From IMG/VR virus record IMGVR_UViG_3300022137_000001, positions 1 through 38,346 of that record: a stretch of DNA of 38,346 nt; one strand, 5' to 3'. Under the pieces are notes generated by a model. That model was not told where the DNA came from, ran no database searches, and worked only from the letters and a program-made list of their open reading frames with translations. Positions 1 to 10,100 of the stretch are shown piece by piece. The stretch comes from a virus. Positions within the stretch are counted from its first letter, which is position 1. Every line of letters begins with the position of its first letter. The translations under genes were made by a program, and so were the position numbers.

Positions 1-127
1 TTTTCATATATGAAAAGACAATATGTTGAAGTTTTTGAAGCAGGAAGAAAACCTCCAAATCGTTACTGGGTAGGTTTATCACGTAGAGACAGTAGATTTA
101 ATGTAGTAAGGACTAATCAGAATAATT
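1..127. repeat. Terminal overlap copy A, identical to 38220-38346
   Basis: Base-by-base comparison of both ends (ttttcatatatgaaaagaca...gactaatcagaataatt) shows no mismatch. Confidence 0.95.
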
Positions 128-753
128 TTCAAAGACAAAAAGGTTATAAAATCCGTAAAGCTTCCTGGTATGGAGAAGATGATCATGGGGGGATTACTGA
201 AGATTTTGCTGAAACTATGTCTATAGCAGCATTTGATAAAAATCCAGATAAAAGTTTAGCGAATATGCAATATGAACTTAGTCCACATCATTATAAAACT
301 GTCCCCTATGACGAGTGGTTACCTCCACATAGAAAAACATATGACTTCTGTGTAGATTTACTTAAAAATTATAATCCTGCTGAGAGAACTTTTGTACAAA
401 GGGAAAATCAGTATACCATTAGGGAAGCTTTAATTGATGACAAAATTACAAAGGCAATTAGTAATGATGTAACACCTAGTCCCGAACAAATGAAAGAATA
501 TAAAAATTTATCTTTAAAAGATAAATTAACAAATAATGAACAAGAAAGATTAGATAAATTAGATGAAGTTATGAGACTTGGAGAATATATGAATAGATCA
601 ATGTTAAGAACCAGATTTACTAAAAAAGAGTATAATGACTTTAAAAAATTATACAATGATAATAAAGATTATTGGGGCTTAAGAGATTTTGATATTTATG
701 TTGAAGACTATACTTTTAATAAGAGCTTACAAAGACTTCATAGAAATAACTAA
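1..753 (+). CDS. C-terminal part of the MuF-like/zincin fusion protein; continuation of the ORF that runs off the window at 38346
   Basis: Frame 1 from base 1 (FSYMKRQ...) is the same frame as the open frame at the window end once the overlap is collapsed. It contains TEDFAE (196-213), which partners HEMGH at 38196-38210. Stop TAA is at 751-753. Confidence 0.75.
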   Translation, partial: FSYMKRQYVEVFEAGRKPPNRYWVGLSRRDSRFNVVRTNQNNFQRQKGYKIRKASWYGEDDHGGITEDFAETMSIAAFDKNPDKSLANMQYELSPHHYKTVPYDEWLPPHRKTYDFCVDLLKNYNPAERTFVQRENQYTIREALIDDKITKAISNDVTPSPEQMKEYKNLSLKDKLTNNEQERLDKLDEVMRLGEYMNRSMLRTRFTKKEYNDFKKLYNDNKDYWGLRDFDIYVEDYTFNKSLQRLHRNN

Positions 754-824
754 AAAAATGTATGTAATAAAATATTTATCTTAGAAAAACCAATATACAA
801 TTAATAAACTTCTCTGTGATTATT

Positions 825-1133
825 ATGGAAACTGTTAAAGAAGTACTTGAAAGATTTAATTTAAATATTGATTTATCTGAAGAATTGTTAAATCTTGAAG
901 TTAGAGGGGGATATAAAACCTATGAGACTGAATACTTTGATGATGGAGATGTAAGATATATATTCTCTTCAGATAGACAATTCAAAGATAATGATTCATA
1001 TTTTACTTCAATGCTTATTTATTCCTCTGGTGAAAATTCTACTGTTGGGGATTATATTCGCCCAGAGTTAGATATGCCTCCAATAGGGTATATTTATAAT
1101 AATCAAGGTATTGCTGTACGTATGGTTGATTAA
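825..1133 (+). CDS. Hypothetical 102-aa protein; candidate immunity/inhibitor partner of the upstream zincin fusion
   Basis: ATG at 825 is preceded by gtgattatt. It is the last gene before a T-rich terminator. No motif recognised. Confidence 0.6.
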   Translation: METVKEVLERFNLNIDLSEELLNLEVRGGYKTYETEYFDDGDVRYIFSSDRQFKDNDSYFTSMLIYSSGENSTVGDYIRPELDMPPIGYIYNNQGIAVRMVD

Positions 1134-1137
1134 TCTA

Positions 1138-1170
1138 TTTTTTTACTATTTTTTTTATTTTTATTTTTCA
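1138..1170 (+). terminator. Oligo-T tract cluster (archaeal-type terminator candidate) ending the packaging operon
   Basis: T7, T8 and T5 runs lie directly after the stop at 1133. Confidence 0.35.
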
Positions 1171-1212
1171 CTGTATTTTTAGCTATTTTTTTCTCTTTAT
1201 TGTTTTCTAATT

Positions 1213-1233
1213 TTCCACTTTTATATGTTGAAG
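1213..1233 (+). promoter_or_regulatory. Copy 1 of the conserved 21-nt motif TTCCACTTTTATATGTTGAAG (TATA-box type promoter candidate)
   Basis: Identical to 31791-31811, with one mismatch to 31341-31361. TTTTATAT sits at its core, followed by an A-rich tract and then a CACACA/TGTGTA initiator-like element. Confidence 0.5.
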
Positions 1234-1481
1234 TAGGAAAAAAAGACACACATGTTCATATGATTTTAAACCTCTTATTTAATTATTAAAAAAATTTTAT
1301 TTTTTTGCATATTATCTCGTTCCTAAAAAATAAAGGGATTAACCTAAAAAAAAATATATTTTTTCTATTTTTTTTACTTTTTTTCCTAATTTCACACTTA
1401 AAAAAAAATATTGGGATATTAAATATTTTTTGTATACCTTTTTTTTATATTTTAAAAAATTGATTTTTGGTGATCATAATT

Positions 1482-2534
1482 ATGGAATCACTAGAAAACA
1501 TATCACAGAAAAGTGATAAAAAAACTGATGAACTATTTTTTACTGCACCTGTAATGATTCCTGGAGAAGCAGACTGTGATTTTAGTCGTGGTGAAAAACC
1601 TTTTACACCTGAGGAAATCCGTGAAATAGCTGTAGCTTACAAGAATTATCAGATTGTGGACCGTGAACATGAATATTTCCAGACTGGAGAAAAAGTAGGT
1701 GTTCCTGTTAAATCTTGGATTACTGATGAACCATTGAAGATTAAATATTTTGATGGGGAGGAAACCACAGTACCTGCTGGTACTTGGATGGCTACAACAA
1801 AAATCACAGACCCTGCCACTATCAGGCAGGCTTTGAATGGTGATTTCACCGGTTATAGTCCTACTGTTTTGAAGAGAAAGAGTGCGGATAAGATTAGTAT
1901 GAAACGTAGTCAAGGTGATATTATACACAGTTTTATTGATGAGGATCCTGTGGGTTTCACTATAAGTCTTGTTAATAAGCCTTGCCTTCGTAAAGCGAAA
2001 TTTTGTAAATGTGATAAGGTGAAAAATATGGATGATAAAACTTTTAAAGACCAATTAAGAAGTTTCATTGGTCTTGAGAATAATGCAACTGAAGATGGTG
2101 AGGTTGCTGAGAAATCTGAAGATGTGTATGTTACTAAAGAAGAGTTTGATGAATTTAGAGAGGATTTTCTTGCTGCTATGAAAGCAGTTAGTAAAAGGAA
2201 ACAGAAAAAAGAAAAAGAAGAAGAGGGCACTGCTGTTTCTAGTGATGATGGTGCTGATTCAGAAGATGAAGAGGAAACCACCAACAACAATAATAGTAAT
2301 GGTAATGAAGATGAGGGTACTGTATCTGATGAGGATATTGATAAAAAAATAGCTTCTCTTCAAGCTCAAATCAAAAAGCTTCAACAAATGAAATCTGGTA
2401 ACGGTTCTGATGTTGCGAAAAAAGGTAAAGGTTTAAATCAACATGATGTTACACATGTTGCTAAAAAATCCGATACTCAGACTGTCTATGAGATTATGGG
2501 TAGAAGTAGTGCTACTCACATGAAAGTAGAATAA
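1482..2534 (+). CDS. Prohead protease-like (XkdF-type) N-domain fused to an acidic, coiled-coil scaffold-like C-terminus
   Basis: RBS ttggtgatcataattATG. APVMIPGEADCDF...TPEEIREIAVAYKNYQIVDREHEY resembles the XkdF family signature. The C-terminus is a D/E/K-rich coiled coil. The gene sits just upstream of the capsid gene. Confidence 0.6.
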   Translation: MESLENISQKSDKKTDELFFTAPVMIPGEADCDFSRGEKPFTPEEIREIAVAYKNYQIVDREHEYFQTGEKVGVPVKSWITDEPLKIKYFDGEETTVPAGTWMATTKITDPATIRQALNGDFTGYSPTVLKRKSADKISMKRSQGDIIHSFIDEDPVGFTISLVNKPCLRKAKFCKCDKVKNMDDKTFKDQLRSFIGLENNATEDGEVAEKSEDVYVTKEEFDEFREDFLAAMKAVSKRKQKKEKEEEGTAVSSDDGADSEDEEETTNNNNSNGNEDEGTVSDEDIDKKIASLQAQIKKLQQMKSGNGSDVAKKGKGLNQHDVTHVAKKSDTQTVYEIMGRSSATHMKVE

Positions 2535-2558
2535 AAATAAGTATGGTTGGTGATTATT

Positions 2559-3590
2559 ATGGATAATTCACAAGTTTTAAATCAGATTGTAAATGAAAAC
2601 GAAAAATCAGCTTTCAAAGCAATGTACACCGACATGGTTACAGGCAAAGCTATTTTAAATCCTGAACAGCTCGGTCAATTCTTAAGGTATGCTACATTGC
2701 CTCAAACAATCCTTAGCGATGCAAAATTCGAGTTAATGAACAGACCCAAAAAGGAATTAAACAGAACAGGTATTAATGGTAGAGTATTAACAAACGGTTA
2801 CAACAGTGCTGGTGTAACAGATGGCTCTAACATTACTGCTGCAGATGTTGATTTCGGTGCAAACGAATTGGATGTAAAGAAATTGAAAGCTATGTGTGAA
2901 ATCACAGATGATGAAAAAGAAGACAATATCGAACAAGCTCAATTCGAACAGACCCTTCTTTCTATGATGGGTGAAAGAATCGGTGAAGACCTTGAATATT
3001 GGGCTCTTTTTGGTGATACTAGTCTCAGTTCTGATGGTTTGCTTGGTACTAATGATGGTTGGTTAAAAATAGCTGGTAATCAACTTAAATCTAAAGGTGT
3101 GGATAGTGCTAGTGGTTCTTTTGATTTGGCTACTGGTACTGTTGAGGACATGTTCGATAAAATGATTGTTGCAATGCCACCAAGATTCAGAAATAGGAAT
3201 AATCTTAAGTTCTATGTACCGTTTGAAGTAGAGGACGCTTACAGAAACTTGCTTAAATCCCGTGGTACTCAACTTGGAGATTCTACTCAAACTGGATTCT
3301 CAGGATTAAGCTATAAAGGTATTCCAATTCAACATTGTACTACTTTGGATGCTGAAGATGCAAGGACTGCTGCAGGTAATGTTAAATGTACACTTCAAGA
3401 TCCAAGGAATATGAATTATGGTGTATGGAAGAACATTACAGTTGAACCTGAAAGAGAACCAGCGAAAGAAAACACCAAGTACTGGTTCAGAATCCGTGCT
3501 GATGTTGAATACAACTTCCGTGAAGCTGCTGTTGTATCTTCTATGACTGCTGATGAAGTTAGTAAAATTCAGGCTTCCCATAAAATCTAG
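2559..3590 (+). CDS. Major capsid protein (assigned by position and size)
   Basis: RBS ggtgattattATG. 343 aa, immediately after the protease/scaffold gene and before the connector genes. Confidence 0.7.
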   Translation: MDNSQVLNQIVNENEKSAFKAMYTDMVTGKAILNPEQLGQFLRYATLPQTILSDAKFELMNRPKKELNRTGINGRVLTNGYNSAGVTDGSNITAADVDFGANELDVKKLKAMCEITDDEKEDNIEQAQFEQTLLSMMGERIGEDLEYWALFGDTSLSSDGLLGTNDGWLKIAGNQLKSKGVDSASGSFDLATGTVEDMFDKMIVAMPPRFRNRNNLKFYVPFEVEDAYRNLLKSRGTQLGDSTQTGFSGLSYKGIPIQHCTTLDAEDARTAAGNVKCTLQDPRNMNYGVWKNITVEPEREPAKENTKYWFRIRADVEYNFREAAVVSSMTADEVSKIQASHKI

Positions 3591-3604
3591 ATGTGGTGAT
3601 TATC

Positions 3605-3733
3605 GTGTTACCTAATTGGGAAGATTTACCAGGTCTTACTAGACAGTCAACTAAAGCATTATACACATTAATCAAGGAAGAGCTTGATAACAAATCCGAT
3701 AAAAGGAAATCCACCAAGAAAAATAACGAATAA
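3605..3733 (+). CDS. Small 42-aa protein (GTG start), unknown function
   Basis: Its RBS context ggtgattatcGTG is almost identical to that of the capsid gene. It fills the gap between the capsid and connector genes. It is missing from the ORF track because it is under 60 aa. Confidence 0.4.
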   Translation: MLPNWEDLPGLTRQSTKALYTLIKEELDNKSDKRKSTKKNNE

Positions 3734-3744
3734 GTTGGGTGGTA

Positions 3745-4155
3745 ATGGTGTATTGTACTAAACAAGATGTAGTAGACCTTACAGGTATAGCCCCTAAACA
3801 TTGGTTTAAGAATTCTGATACTCCTGAAGAAGACTTTAACACTCTTCTTGAAAAATGGATTGAACTAGCTTCTGATGCAGTAGACCGTTATTGTAATAGA
3901 ACATTTGAAGATTTGACCGATACCACTTCACCTCCAGGAACTGTAAGGCTTGCTACAAGTCTTATGGTTTCTAATCTTATAGCTTTTGCTCAGACTAGAA
4001 GAGATACACCTATAATTAAACATGATAATTGGAATGTAGATTTCCTCTCAGTAGATTTCCTTACAGATGACATTAAGGAAATGCTTGAAGAATATCAAGT
4101 TTCAAAGGTAAATAGCTCAACTATTGATTTCTTTGCAGTCTATGGAGATGATTAA
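3745..4155 (+). CDS. Head-tail connector (gp6-like adaptor)
   Basis: MVYCTKQDVVDLTGI...LIELASDAVDRYCNRTFE matches the N-terminal pattern of gp6-like connectors. Position supports the call. Confidence 0.6.
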   Translation: MVYCTKQDVVDLTGIAPKHWFKNSDTPEEDFNTLLEKWIELASDAVDRYCNRTFEDLTDTTSPPGTVRLATSLMVSNLIAFAQTRRDTPIIKHDNWNVDFLSVDFLTDDIKEMLEEYQVSKVNSSTIDFFAVYGDD

Positions 4156-4598
4156 TGATGGTAAGATTTACAGTTGAACTTGAAAAAACTGGTGTAGATC
4201 CATCATACATTACACATAATGTCATAAGAAGCACTCTTACAAATTCAAGTGAAGAGCTAAGACGTGAATTAACATTGAACAGTCCCAAAGGTGAAACTAA
4301 ATTCCTGTATGCTTCATGGTTTATTGAAGAAAAGGGTGAACTTGAACGGACTGTGTATTCTGATGTTCGTTATTCAGAATGGGTAAACAATGGTACTGGT
4401 ATCTATGGTGAGCGTGGAGATGTGATTAGACCTCGCAAGGCTTCCGTTCTGGTCTTTAAGATACATGGTGAAACAATTTTTGCTAAGTATGTTCGCGGTA
4501 TAAAACCTCGTAGGTTCGTTGAAAAGTCCATTAAGAACACTAAAAAACGTCTTGATGAGATGTTTGCAAGAGCTTTACAAGAAAATTATGGGGGTTAA
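4155..4598 (+). CDS. HK97 gp10-like head-tail joining protein
   Basis: YSEWVNNGTGIYGERGDVIRPRKASVLVFKIHGETIFAKYVRGIKPRRF fits the gp10 family pattern (E-x-G-T...P-x-x-x-x-L-x-F...G-x-x-P-x-x-F). TAATG overlap with the upstream gene. Confidence 0.6.
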   Translation: MMVRFTVELEKTGVDPSYITHNVIRSTLTNSSEELRRELTLNSPKGETKFLYASWFIEEKGELERTVYSDVRYSEWVNNGTGIYGERGDVIRPRKASVLVFKIHGETIFAKYVRGIKPRRFVEKSIKNTKKRLDEMFARALQENYGG

Positions 4599-4600
4599 AC

Positions 4601-5110
4601 ATGACAAATAGACCAACTTTTGATAAAGCACTAACTCGTGTACCATCAGCTATTCTTGAAATGCTTGAGAAAGAACGCTCTACTGAAGGTTTATTAGAAG
4701 ATGTAGTGGAAGTTTATCTTGGAGATAAACAGCTACACGGTGCAGATTATCCTTCAATATGGGTTGTGGAAAATGGTGTGTACCGTGAATCAGTTGGGGT
4801 AGGAAATCAGTCAGAAATGTATGTGGCTCGTTATGAATTTTATGCGATAGATTATGATAGTGAAGACCCAGTGTTAGGTCAAAGACAAAGCAGAGACCTT
4901 GCATTACGGATTGGAAAAACATTACAAAAATATTGGAGATTAACACTCCTTGATAATGACTCCGCAAGTACTGGTAGACTTTTTGATAATATGAATCTTC
5001 AATCTCTTACAACTACAGGTGAAGACCCTCAAGGTGCAGCTAACTCAGTTTCAATGTCTATGATTGTTTATGATTTCAAATTCCGTGCAAAGAGATTCTG
5101 TGATTTATAG
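4601..5110 (+). CDS. Tail completion/terminator protein (assigned by position)
   Basis: 169 aa with RBS gggggttaaacATG, lying between the gp10-like gene and the major tail gene. Confidence 0.45.
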   Translation: MTNRPTFDKALTRVPSAILEMLEKERSTEGLLEDVVEVYLGDKQLHGADYPSIWVVENGVYRESVGVGNQSEMYVARYEFYAIDYDSEDPVLGQRQSRDLALRIGKTLQKYWRLTLLDNDSASTGRLFDNMNLQSLTTTGEDPQGAANSVSMSMIVYDFKFRAKRFCDL

Positions 5111-5174
5111 AGAAGATAATGAAAAAAATTGAAAAATTAAAAATTTAAAATAAAAATATTTTTGGTGATATAAG

Positions 5175-6446
5175 ATGGGACTTAGAGTACTCGGTATAAA
5201 AGAGGAAAGCGAATATGGAAAACCAGCTATTAGTCCAGATTGGCATCAACAAGGCACAAAAATAAGTGCCAGTCTTAATGCTGAGCCAGTTACAAAAACT
5301 GGTGGAAGCCGTATGATTAAAAGAGCAAGAGCTGGAGCAATCAAACCAACCTCAAGCTTTGAATCAGATGTCGACCTTAAGAGGATTGGACATTACTTTA
5401 AGGCTTTCCTTGATAATTATAAATTTACAAGTGGAACAAAAACCAACACACACGAATTCTATGGTGGAGAATCCACCTCATTAAATAGTTTTACCCTTTG
5501 GGAAACCTTCGATGTAGCCGAAAAAACCATTGTAGGAGCATTACTCGATGGTTTGAAATTAGAGGTTTCCGATGAGTTTATGACCATGGCTGCAGACTGG
5601 ATCTACAAAGACGAAACCATGGAGGAAATCGATGCTAACACTTTTGAACAAACAAGAGTTGAAGGCGATATTCCTTTAATGTTCTATGATGTGAGCTTGG
5701 AATTGGATGACGATGTTCCTCCAGGCATTGTTTCAAGTTTCAGTTTTGAGGGTAAAAACAACCTCAATCAAGATGCAACTATTGGTCTTGGTAGCCGTAT
5801 GCCTCAGAGAAAGGCTGCAGCTCAACAAAGAGAAATTACTATCTCTATGACTTCAACCCTTGAAAAAGAAACACTTGAATTGATACAGAAAGCTGAATAT
5901 GGTGAAGCAGGTACTTCACCTTCAGAGTGTAAGGTCTATAAGATACCTATTAAGGTAATAGCTAATGTATGTGAAAACCGTGCAGATATACTTGAAATTT
6001 ATTTCCCAGAATGCCTATTCTCAGTTGAGTATGAAGCAAGTGAATCTGATGAAATTGAAGTGACATTCAATTTACAGACTATGGGCACTGGAAAAGCTAA
6101 ACTTGCAGATGGAACTAGTGTAATGACTGATATGTATGTTAAATTAATTAACAATCAACCGGAAATAGCTGCTAGTGCAGATGGAACTTCAAATGTAACC
6201 GTAAAAGTTCAAAAAGCAGATAAAAGCCCAGTTTCAAGTGTTAATGTAACCTTGAAATCAAGAGATGATAAAACTATCAGTATTGACCCTTCTGCAACTG
6301 GTTCAGATGGAACAGTAACATTTGCATCAGTAGAGTATGGTAGATACAGTGCAAGTGTTGAAGGCTATAAGGTATTATCTGGTGGTCTTGTAAGTGTAAA
6401 TGAAACAACTGAAAATTTCACAATAACAGTTGAACAAGAAGAATAA
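5175..6446 (+). CDS. Major tail protein with a C-terminal beta-sandwich decoration (carboxypeptidase-regulatory-like or Ig-like)
   Basis: RBS ggtgatataagATG. The gene sits before the chaperone and tape measure genes. The C-terminus reads NVTVKVQKADKSPVSSVNVTLKSRDDK...DGTVTFASVEYGRYSASVEGYKV. Confidence 0.6.
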   Translation: MGLRVLGIKEESEYGKPAISPDWHQQGTKISASLNAEPVTKTGGSRMIKRARAGAIKPTSSFESDVDLKRIGHYFKAFLDNYKFTSGTKTNTHEFYGGESTSLNSFTLWETFDVAEKTIVGALLDGLKLEVSDEFMTMAADWIYKDETMEEIDANTFEQTRVEGDIPLMFYDVSLELDDDVPPGIVSSFSFEGKNNLNQDATIGLGSRMPQRKAAAQQREITISMTSTLEKETLELIQKAEYGEAGTSPSECKVYKIPIKVIANVCENRADILEIYFPECLFSVEYEASESDEIEVTFNLQTMGTGKAKLADGTSVMTDMYVKLINNQPEIAASADGTSNVTVKVQKADKSPVSSVNVTLKSRDDKTISIDPSATGSDGTVTFASVEYGRYSASVEGYKVLSGGLVSVNETTENFTITVEQEE

Positions 6447-6466
6447 ATCAGAGGTGTAGGTTTAAA

Positions 6467-6928
6467 ATGGCTAAAATAATAAGAATTTCAGACATCGTTG
6501 ATGGAACAAGCAAAGAAGAAAAATACATGATAAAATCACTAAATGGGGAAGTATGGCTTAGACCTTTATCACAGAAAGAAATTAATGAAATTTCTGAGAT
6601 TGAAGCTGCAGCTATTGGTACTTTTGAAACAAATGAAAAATCAAATAATTCAAGAAATAGGGCAAGGAACATTAGATCACAACTCGAAAGTAAAGGTAAA
6701 CTTTCAGTATTGAAGACTACTCAAGCTCAAAATCAAGCAAAAATCAAGGCAGTAGCATATTCACTTGATAATTCAAAATATGCTGAAGAAAAAGAACTCA
6801 TCACAGAAGAAGAACTTTTGAAAGCTCCTTCAAATGTTATAGAAGAAATCTACTCTAAAGTTCAAGAAATTTCCGGATTAAACAATGCCGAACTTGAAAG
6901 TGATGTAGAAGAGTTTCCTCAAAACTGA
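6467..6928 (+). CDS. Tail assembly chaperone (G-like)
   Basis: Acidic 153-aa ORF directly upstream of the tape measure gene. Confidence 0.55.
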   Translation: MAKIIRISDIVDGTSKEEKYMIKSLNGEVWLRPLSQKEINEISEIEAAAIGTFETNEKSNNSRNRARNIRSQLESKGKLSVLKTTQAQNQAKIKAVAYSLDNSKYAEEKELITEEELLKAPSNVIEEIYSKVQEISGLNNAELESDVEEFPQN

Positions 6929-7067
6929 GGAAGCTAAAAGCATAATCTGGTTGGATTATTGTGGCTACCATTTAAGAGATAATCAATCAGATTTAACAAT
7001 AATTCAAATGGTTTTTCTTGTGAAAGGAAGACTTGAACTATATGAACAAATGAATAAAGTAGAATAA
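6909..7067 (+). CDS. Possible frameshift extension (T-like) of the chaperone, in the +1 frame
   Basis: The +1 frame is open from 6909 to TAA at 7065-7067 (52 codons) and overlaps the end of the G-like ORF. It has no RBS of its own. The -1 frame closes after a few codons. Confidence 0.3.
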   Translation, partial: KSFLKTEEAKSIIWLDYCGYHLRDNQSDLTIIQMVFLVKGRLELYEQMNKVE

Positions 7068-7123
7068 ACTTTATTCAAAAAACTTTTTTTTTAATTAATT
7101 TTATTTTTTTTAGAGGTTAAAAT

Positions 7124-10100
7124 ATGGTCTCACAACATATAATAAATGTAATACTAAAAGCAGAAGACCAAATCTCACAAACAGTTCAAAAAGTGAAAAA
7201 ACAAGTAGATGATTTCGGTAGCTCCTCTAAACAATCCTTCGACAAAAGCACTCAATCCTCAAAACAGTTTCAAGAATCAGTTGATAAAATAAGAAATCCA
7301 CTTGAAAAATCAAAAAACACCATAAAAGAAACCGGCATGGTGGGTAGAACTGCATTCCTCAACATGTCCAATGCCGAAAAACAAGCATTAATGAGCCTTA
7401 AAACTCACGAACAAAGAATGCAATCACTGGCACAGAAAATAGGTGTAGCTGGAGGAGGTGCAGTCAGAGCCTCACAACAATTCCAACAAATCAAATTGAA
7501 CCCAGAGCTATTATCTGATATACAAAGAGCTAATATTAAAATAACTGAAATGGGAGTAGACATTACCTCAACTCGTGGTAAGATAATGGTTCTTCGTACA
7601 GCTATTTCTACAAGTCTTGTTTCAACATGGGATACTGTACGTGCAAAGGTTTCAACAGTAGCCTCTTCAATCAGAACAAAATTAGGCTCAGCATTAGACT
7701 CAGTAAAAAGTAAAGTATCAGCGGTAGGTACATCATTCCAGACCATGGGGGGAATGATAGCATCAGCAATCGGTGCACTTGGAGTGAACTCAGTAAAAGA
7801 TCTTACGGTGGGACTTTCACTTTCAAGAGAGAAAATGAGTAGTTTGAATACTGCTATTATGGGTTCAAAAACTGCAAGTGATGCACTACTTGGATCTATC
7901 GATACCATGACAAATTCGTCTGTGGTTTCAATGGACCAGATGGTAAATGCAATGAACAAAATCAAACTTTCCACTTCAATGAGCAATGAACAATTATCAG
8001 GAACAAAAGACGTGGTCATGAAACTTGGTGAAGCTTCAATGCTCATGGGTAATGATACTCAAACAGCTACCTATCAAATGGGAGAAGCATTCAGTGGTCT
8101 TAACGGTGATTTCCAGATACTAAAAGAAAACTTCGGTATTACCAAGGACAAAATGAAACAGATGGGCTGGTCTGGTGAAGCATCAGATGTTGAAGGATAT
8201 ACCCATGCACTTGAAAAATGTTTATCTGGGCTTGGTGATCTTGGTGGTGTAATGGACACTACAAGCGGTTCTATTGCAAGAGTTCAGAAAATATTCAGAA
8301 CTGCAGGTAGACAAATGGGAGACCAGGTAACACCTTACATCAAAAAAGCTTGTGATGAATTCATAAGATTGAACGATGAAATGCCTGGTTTAACAAAAGG
8401 TATTATTGCTGCAGGTGGAGCACTTGCAGGATTTGCTACTGTAGCACCTTACATTAATGATTTTGCAAAACCAATCAGCGATTCTATTACCTCAATAAGA
8501 ACAATAGGTGAAACTGCAAGAGATGCTTGTGGATTAATAAAAGATGGTTTCGGTGCTGCAAGAACAGCTATTGATTTGATGAGAGGAGCAACAACACTTG
8601 CAACTTTGGCTGAAGAGGGTAATGCCTTTGCTTCAGCATTACTTGCTGCAAAAGATACTGCATTGGCTGCTAAAAATTGGCTTGTAGCTCAATCACAGGC
8701 AGCATTAAATCTCGTAATGGATGCAAATCCTATAATGATTGTGGTTATTGCTATTGCAGCATTAATCGCAATACTTGTATACCTGTACTATAATAATGAG
8801 CAAGTTCATGATGCAATAGATGGATTATTTGCTGCTATGCAGGGACTAGGAGAATGGTTAATGAGTAATCTTGTTCCAGCAATACAAAGTTTCGGTGAAT
8901 TATTAATGCAGATATTTGAAGCTATTACTGAAAGTGAAGCATTCCAGTTCCTGGTTGAAATTTTAACTATTGTAGCTGATACAATCATGCAAATAATTGA
9001 TTTATTCACACAATTTGCAGAAGGGCAAATAAGCTTGCAAGATTTGCTTCTTGGTGTAGGTCAAGCACTACTAGATGGCTATGTTAACATTTTGACCACT
9101 ATCCTTACAACTGTTGCAAATTTCGTTCTTCAAATATTAACTATTGCAGTTCAAGGAGCAATGAATGTAGTATTAGGTATCATTTCATGGATTAGTCAGA
9201 TTCCATTCCGTGTTGGAAATTATATTCTTCAAACTGTAACAAGAATCATTACTGGTATGGCTCAATGGGTAGCAAATGCAAGAGCAAAGGCTTCTGCAAT
9301 GGTCTCAGCAGTTGTATCATTTATTAGTAGATTACCTGGTAGAGTCTACGGTTTCATTGTAAATACTGCAACAAGAATTGCAAATGGTGCTAGTCAATGG
9401 GTATCAAATGCTAGAAGTAAAGCTTCACAAGTCGTTAGTGCTGTAATTTCACACATCAGCCAGTTACCTGGAAGAGTATATCAAGAATTTATTAACATTG
9501 GATCTAGAATTCTTTCAGCAGGTAGCGACTTGGTTAATAAGGCAAGGCAAGTAGGTAGGAACATTGTAAATGGAATGTTAAATGCAATGGGTATACATTC
9601 ACCGGGTATTATTCAGAACAAGGTAACTGCCGAGTTTGAAAACACCTTGGATAATGTTGCAAATCTTACAAGCAAAGCTGAAAATGTCGGTGCGGCGGTT
9701 GGAGAAGGCTTAGTATCTTCTTATAGTGATTTCAAATTACCCGAACAAACATTAACTGCAAATGTACAAACCAATACTGATACTTCCAATAATAATGATG
9801 AAGATTCACAAGAAGAAGTGGATAATCAAAACAACACACTAAATTCCATGGTTGCAAATGTTAATGACAAATATAATCAAATGAAATCATTAGCCGGAAT
9901 TGACCTCTCACAATTACAACTAATGAACACTCAAGCATTTACTAATATCCGTGCAAATGAAATGGCTCAAATGAATATGATGACTAATCATATCAATACT
10001 AGCCTTTTAAATATCTTGAATTATACTAGAAATGGTTTAAATCAAGCATATAACATTACACGTGAAAACCTTAGTAAAATGCAGAACAGCACTACCAGAA

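Noticed and set aside
1533-2054. Long minus-strand ORFs nested inside + strand genes (also 7405-8046, 34004-34480, 32639-32974, 10414-10722 and others)
   Set aside because: They are antisense shadows of well-supported colinear + strand genes. They lack RBS motifs, and their products are low-complexity or Ser/Phe/Ile-rich.
3559-3801. Minus-strand 80-aa track ORF between the capsid and connector genes
   Set aside because: It overlaps the ends of two + strand genes. The + strand 3605-3733 ORF has an RBS context nearly identical to that of the capsid gene.
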